A stretch of DNA of 64,000 nucleotides from Octopus sinensis. Its lineage: Eukaryota. The translations under genes and the position numbers were made by a program. The notes below the pieces were generated by a model that had not been told where the DNA came from, did not search any database, and worked only from the letters and a program-made list of their open reading frames with translations. Shown here piece by piece: positions 61,201 to 64,000 of the stretch. Numbering within the stretch: position 1 is the first letter of the stretch; every line of letters begins with the position of its first letter. Location of the stretch: NCBI RefSeq assembly GCF_006345805.1, contig NC_043013.1, forward strand, positions 40,300,001 through 40,364,000, in the 5' to 3' direction.

Positions 61201-64000
61201 AATTTCTGGCAACTTTGTAGTTGACGCCTCAATGGTATATTGTGTGGTAGTTTGATCAGTTATTAGTTTTTCACTGGTAGTAGTGTGCTCTGTTGTTGCT
61301 GAAGGAATTGTTGTTTGTGGTGCTGTATGCGGGGTTGTAGCAACGAGCGTTGTTGGGAAATCTTTGACTCGAGTAGACAGAGATGGTTGTTCTGTAGCTG
61401 AGGTGAGAGGTGGTGTAGTCTCTGTTGTTACAATATCTGTGACCTCTGTTGTGCTTTCAGCAGTTGGTGTGTGAATGTGTGTTGTTTGAGGAATTTGAGA
61501 AGTAGATTTCTTTGTTTCCCGAGGAATTTGACTCGTCGATGTAATCTGGGTTGTTGTGGATGTTATATTTTGCGTAAGGAATTCTGGTGTGGTTTCTGTT
61601 GTTGTAATTTCTGGCAACTTTGTAGTTGACGCCTTAGTTGTATATTGAGTGGTAGTTTGATCAATTATTAGTTTTTCACTGGTAGTAGTGTGTTCTGTTG
61701 TTGCTGAAGGAATTGTTGTTTGTGGTGGTGTATGCACTGTTGTTGGAACGAGCGTTGTTGGTACATCTTTGGCTCGAGTAGACAGAGATGGTTGTTCTGT
61801 AGTTGAGGTGAGAGGTGGTGTAGTCTCTGTTGTTAGAATATCTGTGAATTGTGTTGTGCTTTCAACAGTTGGTGTGTGAATGTGTGTTGTTTGAGGAATT
61901 TTAGAAGTAGATTTCTTTGTTTCAGGAGGAATTTTACTCGTCGAAGTAATCTGGGTCATTGTGGATGTTATATTTTGCGTAAGGAATTCTGGTGTGGTTT
62001 CAGTTGTAGTAATTTCTGGCAACTTTGTAGTTGACGCCTTAGTTGTATATTGAGTTGTAGTTTGATCAGTAATTAGTTTTTCACTGGTAGTAGTGTGTTC
62101 TGTTGTTGCTGAAGGAATTGTTGTTTGTGGTGCTGTATACAGTGTTGTAGCAACGATCGTTGTTGGTTCATCTTTGGCTCGAGTAGACAGAGATGGTTGT
62201 TCTGTAGTTGAGGTGAGAGGTGGTGTAGTCTCTGTTGTTTGAATATCTGTGAATTCTGTTGTGCTTTCAACAGTTGGTGTATGAATGTGTGTTGTTTTAG
62301 GAATTTGAGAAGTAGACTTCTTTGTTTCCGGAGGAATTTGACTCGTCGAAGTAATCTTGGTTGTTGTGGATGTTATATTTTGTGTCAGGATTTCTGGTGT
62401 GGTTGCTGTTGTTATAATTTCTGGCAACTTTGTAGTTGACGCCTCAGGTGTATATTGGTGTGTAGTTTGATCAGTTTTAATTTTTTCACTGGTAGTAGTG
62501 TGTTCTGTTGTTGCTGAAGGAATTGTTGTTTGTGGTGCTGTCTGCAGTTTTGTAGCAACGAGCGTTGTTGGGACATCCTTTGACTCGAGTAGACAGAGAT
62601 GGTTGTTTTGTAGTTGAGGTGAGAGGTGGTGTAGTCTCTGTTGTAAGAATATCTGTGAATTGTGTTGTGCTTTCAGTCGTTGGTGTGTGAATGTGTGTTG
62701 TTTGAGGAATTTGAGAAGTAGATTCCTTTGTTTCCGGAGAAATTTGACTCGTCGAAGTAATCATGGTTGTTGTGGATGTTATATTTTGCGTAAGGAATTC
62801 TTGGTGTTGTTTCTGTTGTAGTAATTTCTGGCATCTTTGTAGTTGATTCCTCAGTTGTATATTGAGTGGTAGTTTGATCAGTTATTAGCTTTTCACTGGT
62901 AGTAGTGTGTTCTGTTGTTGCTGAAGGAATTGTTGTTTGTGGTGCTGTATGCGGGTTGTAGCAACGAGCGTTGTTGGTACATCTTTGGCTCGAGTAGACA
63001 GAGATGGTTGTTTTGCAGTTGAGGTGAGAGGTGGTGTAGCCTCTTTTGTTAGAATATCTGTGACTTCTGTTTTGCTTTCAACAGTTGGTGTGTGAATGTG
63101 TGTTGTTTGAGGAATTTGAGAAGTAGATTTCTTTCTTTGTGTCCGGAGAATTGACTCGTCGAAGTAATCTGGGTTGTTGTGGATGTTATATTTTGCGTAA
63201 GGAATTCTGGTGTGGTTTCTGTTGTTGTAATTCCTGGCAACTTTGTAGTTGACGCCTCAGTTGTATATTGAGTGGTAGTTTGATCAGTTATTAGTTTTTC
63301 ACTGGTAGTAGTGTGTTTTGTTGTTGCTGAAGGAATTGTTGTTTGTGGTGCTGTATGCAGTGTTGTAGCAAAGATCGTTGTTGGTTCATCTTTGGCTCGA
63401 GCAGACAGAGATGGTTGTTCTGTAGTTGAGGTGAGAGGTGGTGTAGTCTCTGTTGTTAGAATATCTGTGAATTCTGTTGTGCTTTCAACAGTTGGTGTGT
63501 GAATGTGTGTTGTTTTTGAGGAATTTGAGAAGTAGATTCCTTTGTTTCCGGAGAATTTGACTCGTCGAAGTAATCATGGTTGTTGTGGATGTTATATTTG
63601 CGTGAGGAATTCTGGTGTGGTTTCAGTTGTAGTAATTTCTGGCAACTTTGTAGTTGACGCCTCAGTTGTATATTGAGTGTTAGTTTCATCAGTATTGGTT
63701 TTTCACTGGTAGTAGTGTGTTCTGTTGTTGCTGAAGGAATTGTTGTTTGTGGTGCTGTATGCAGTTTTGTAGCAACGAGCGTTGTTGGGTCACCTTTGAC
63801 TCGAGTAGACAGAGATGGTTGTTCTGTAGCTGAGGTGAGAGGTGGTGTGTCTCTGTTGTTGAATATCTGTGAATTGTGTTGTGCTTTCAACAGTTGGTGT
63901 GTGAATGTGTGTTGTTTGAGGAATTTGAGCAGTAGATTTCTCTGTTTCCGGAGGAATTTGACTCGTCGAAGTAATCTGGGTTGTTGTGGATGTTATATTT
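49269..64000 (-). CDS. Giant mucin-like exon: Thr/Ser/Pro/Glu-rich tandem repeats plus a unique Ser/Thr-rich linker; 5' end beyond the window
   Basis: Overlapping ORFs of 1366, 488, 831, 421 and 972 aa encode the same repeat and are broken only by small indels. Donor ATG AAA G|GTAAGA at 49268-67 is phase 1, compatible with the vWA exon. About 4900 codons are visible. Confidence 0.88.
50085..50973. repeat. About 0.89-kb block duplicated at 56316-57202 (offset about 6.23 kb)
   Basis: Near-identical sequence; the 56-57 kb copy differs by three small indels. Confidence 0.95.
50950..64000. repeat. 405-bp (135-aa) coding tandem repeat array, about 30 units
   Basis: Shadow ORFs recur at 405-bp spacing (e.g. 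59261, 59666, 60071, 60476). Unit reads PEITTTETTPEFLTQNITS...QYTTEASTTKL. Confidence 0.98.

Noticed and set aside
52104-62764. Programmed ribosomal frameshifting linking the mucin ORFs
   Set aside because: Indels fall at inconsistent positions with no slippery-site or pseudoknot pattern; sequencing error is more parsimonious.
50950-64000. Repeat array read as CRISPR or satellite, and the plus-strand MCSVVAEG/MCCAFNSW ORFs read as genes
   Set aside because: There is no repeat-spacer alternation. Units are 405 bp and in frame, and the plus-strand ORFs are antisense shadows of the mucin.

Overview
AT-rich, microsatellite- and SINE-dense animal genomic DNA. The SINE families and (AT)n/(GT)n load look like an octopod cephalopod, which is inference from pattern recognition. 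Two minus-strand host genes are visible. (1) An MPPED1/2-type metallophosphoesterase with coding exons at 11844-11835, 8872-8591 and 441-222, continuing off the left edge; a possible non-coding first exon lies near 31 kb. (2) A giant secreted mucin-like gene: a >14.7 kb exon of 135-aa Thr-rich repeats running off the right edge, spliced to a terminal exon encoding a MIDAS-degenerate vWA-like domain (42711-42128). The rest is transposon debris: two mariners, Tc1, DD37D and piggyBac derivatives, hAT and Tc1 MITEs, CR1, CRE, HERO-like and RTE LINE fragments, and several tRNA-derived SINE families. The strongest novelty candidate is a non-coding 586-bp unit at 6583-7899, present as 1.36 tandem copies plus an inverted 0.88 copy inside a (TA)n tract in an MPPED intron. 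It carries two complete type I hammerhead ribozyme folds on opposite strands plus a half site, so it resembles a retrozyme or Penelope-pLTR element. A 2-kb ORF1/gag-only retroelement lacking RT (14.0-16.06 kb) is the second candidate. All alignments and folds were done by eye.
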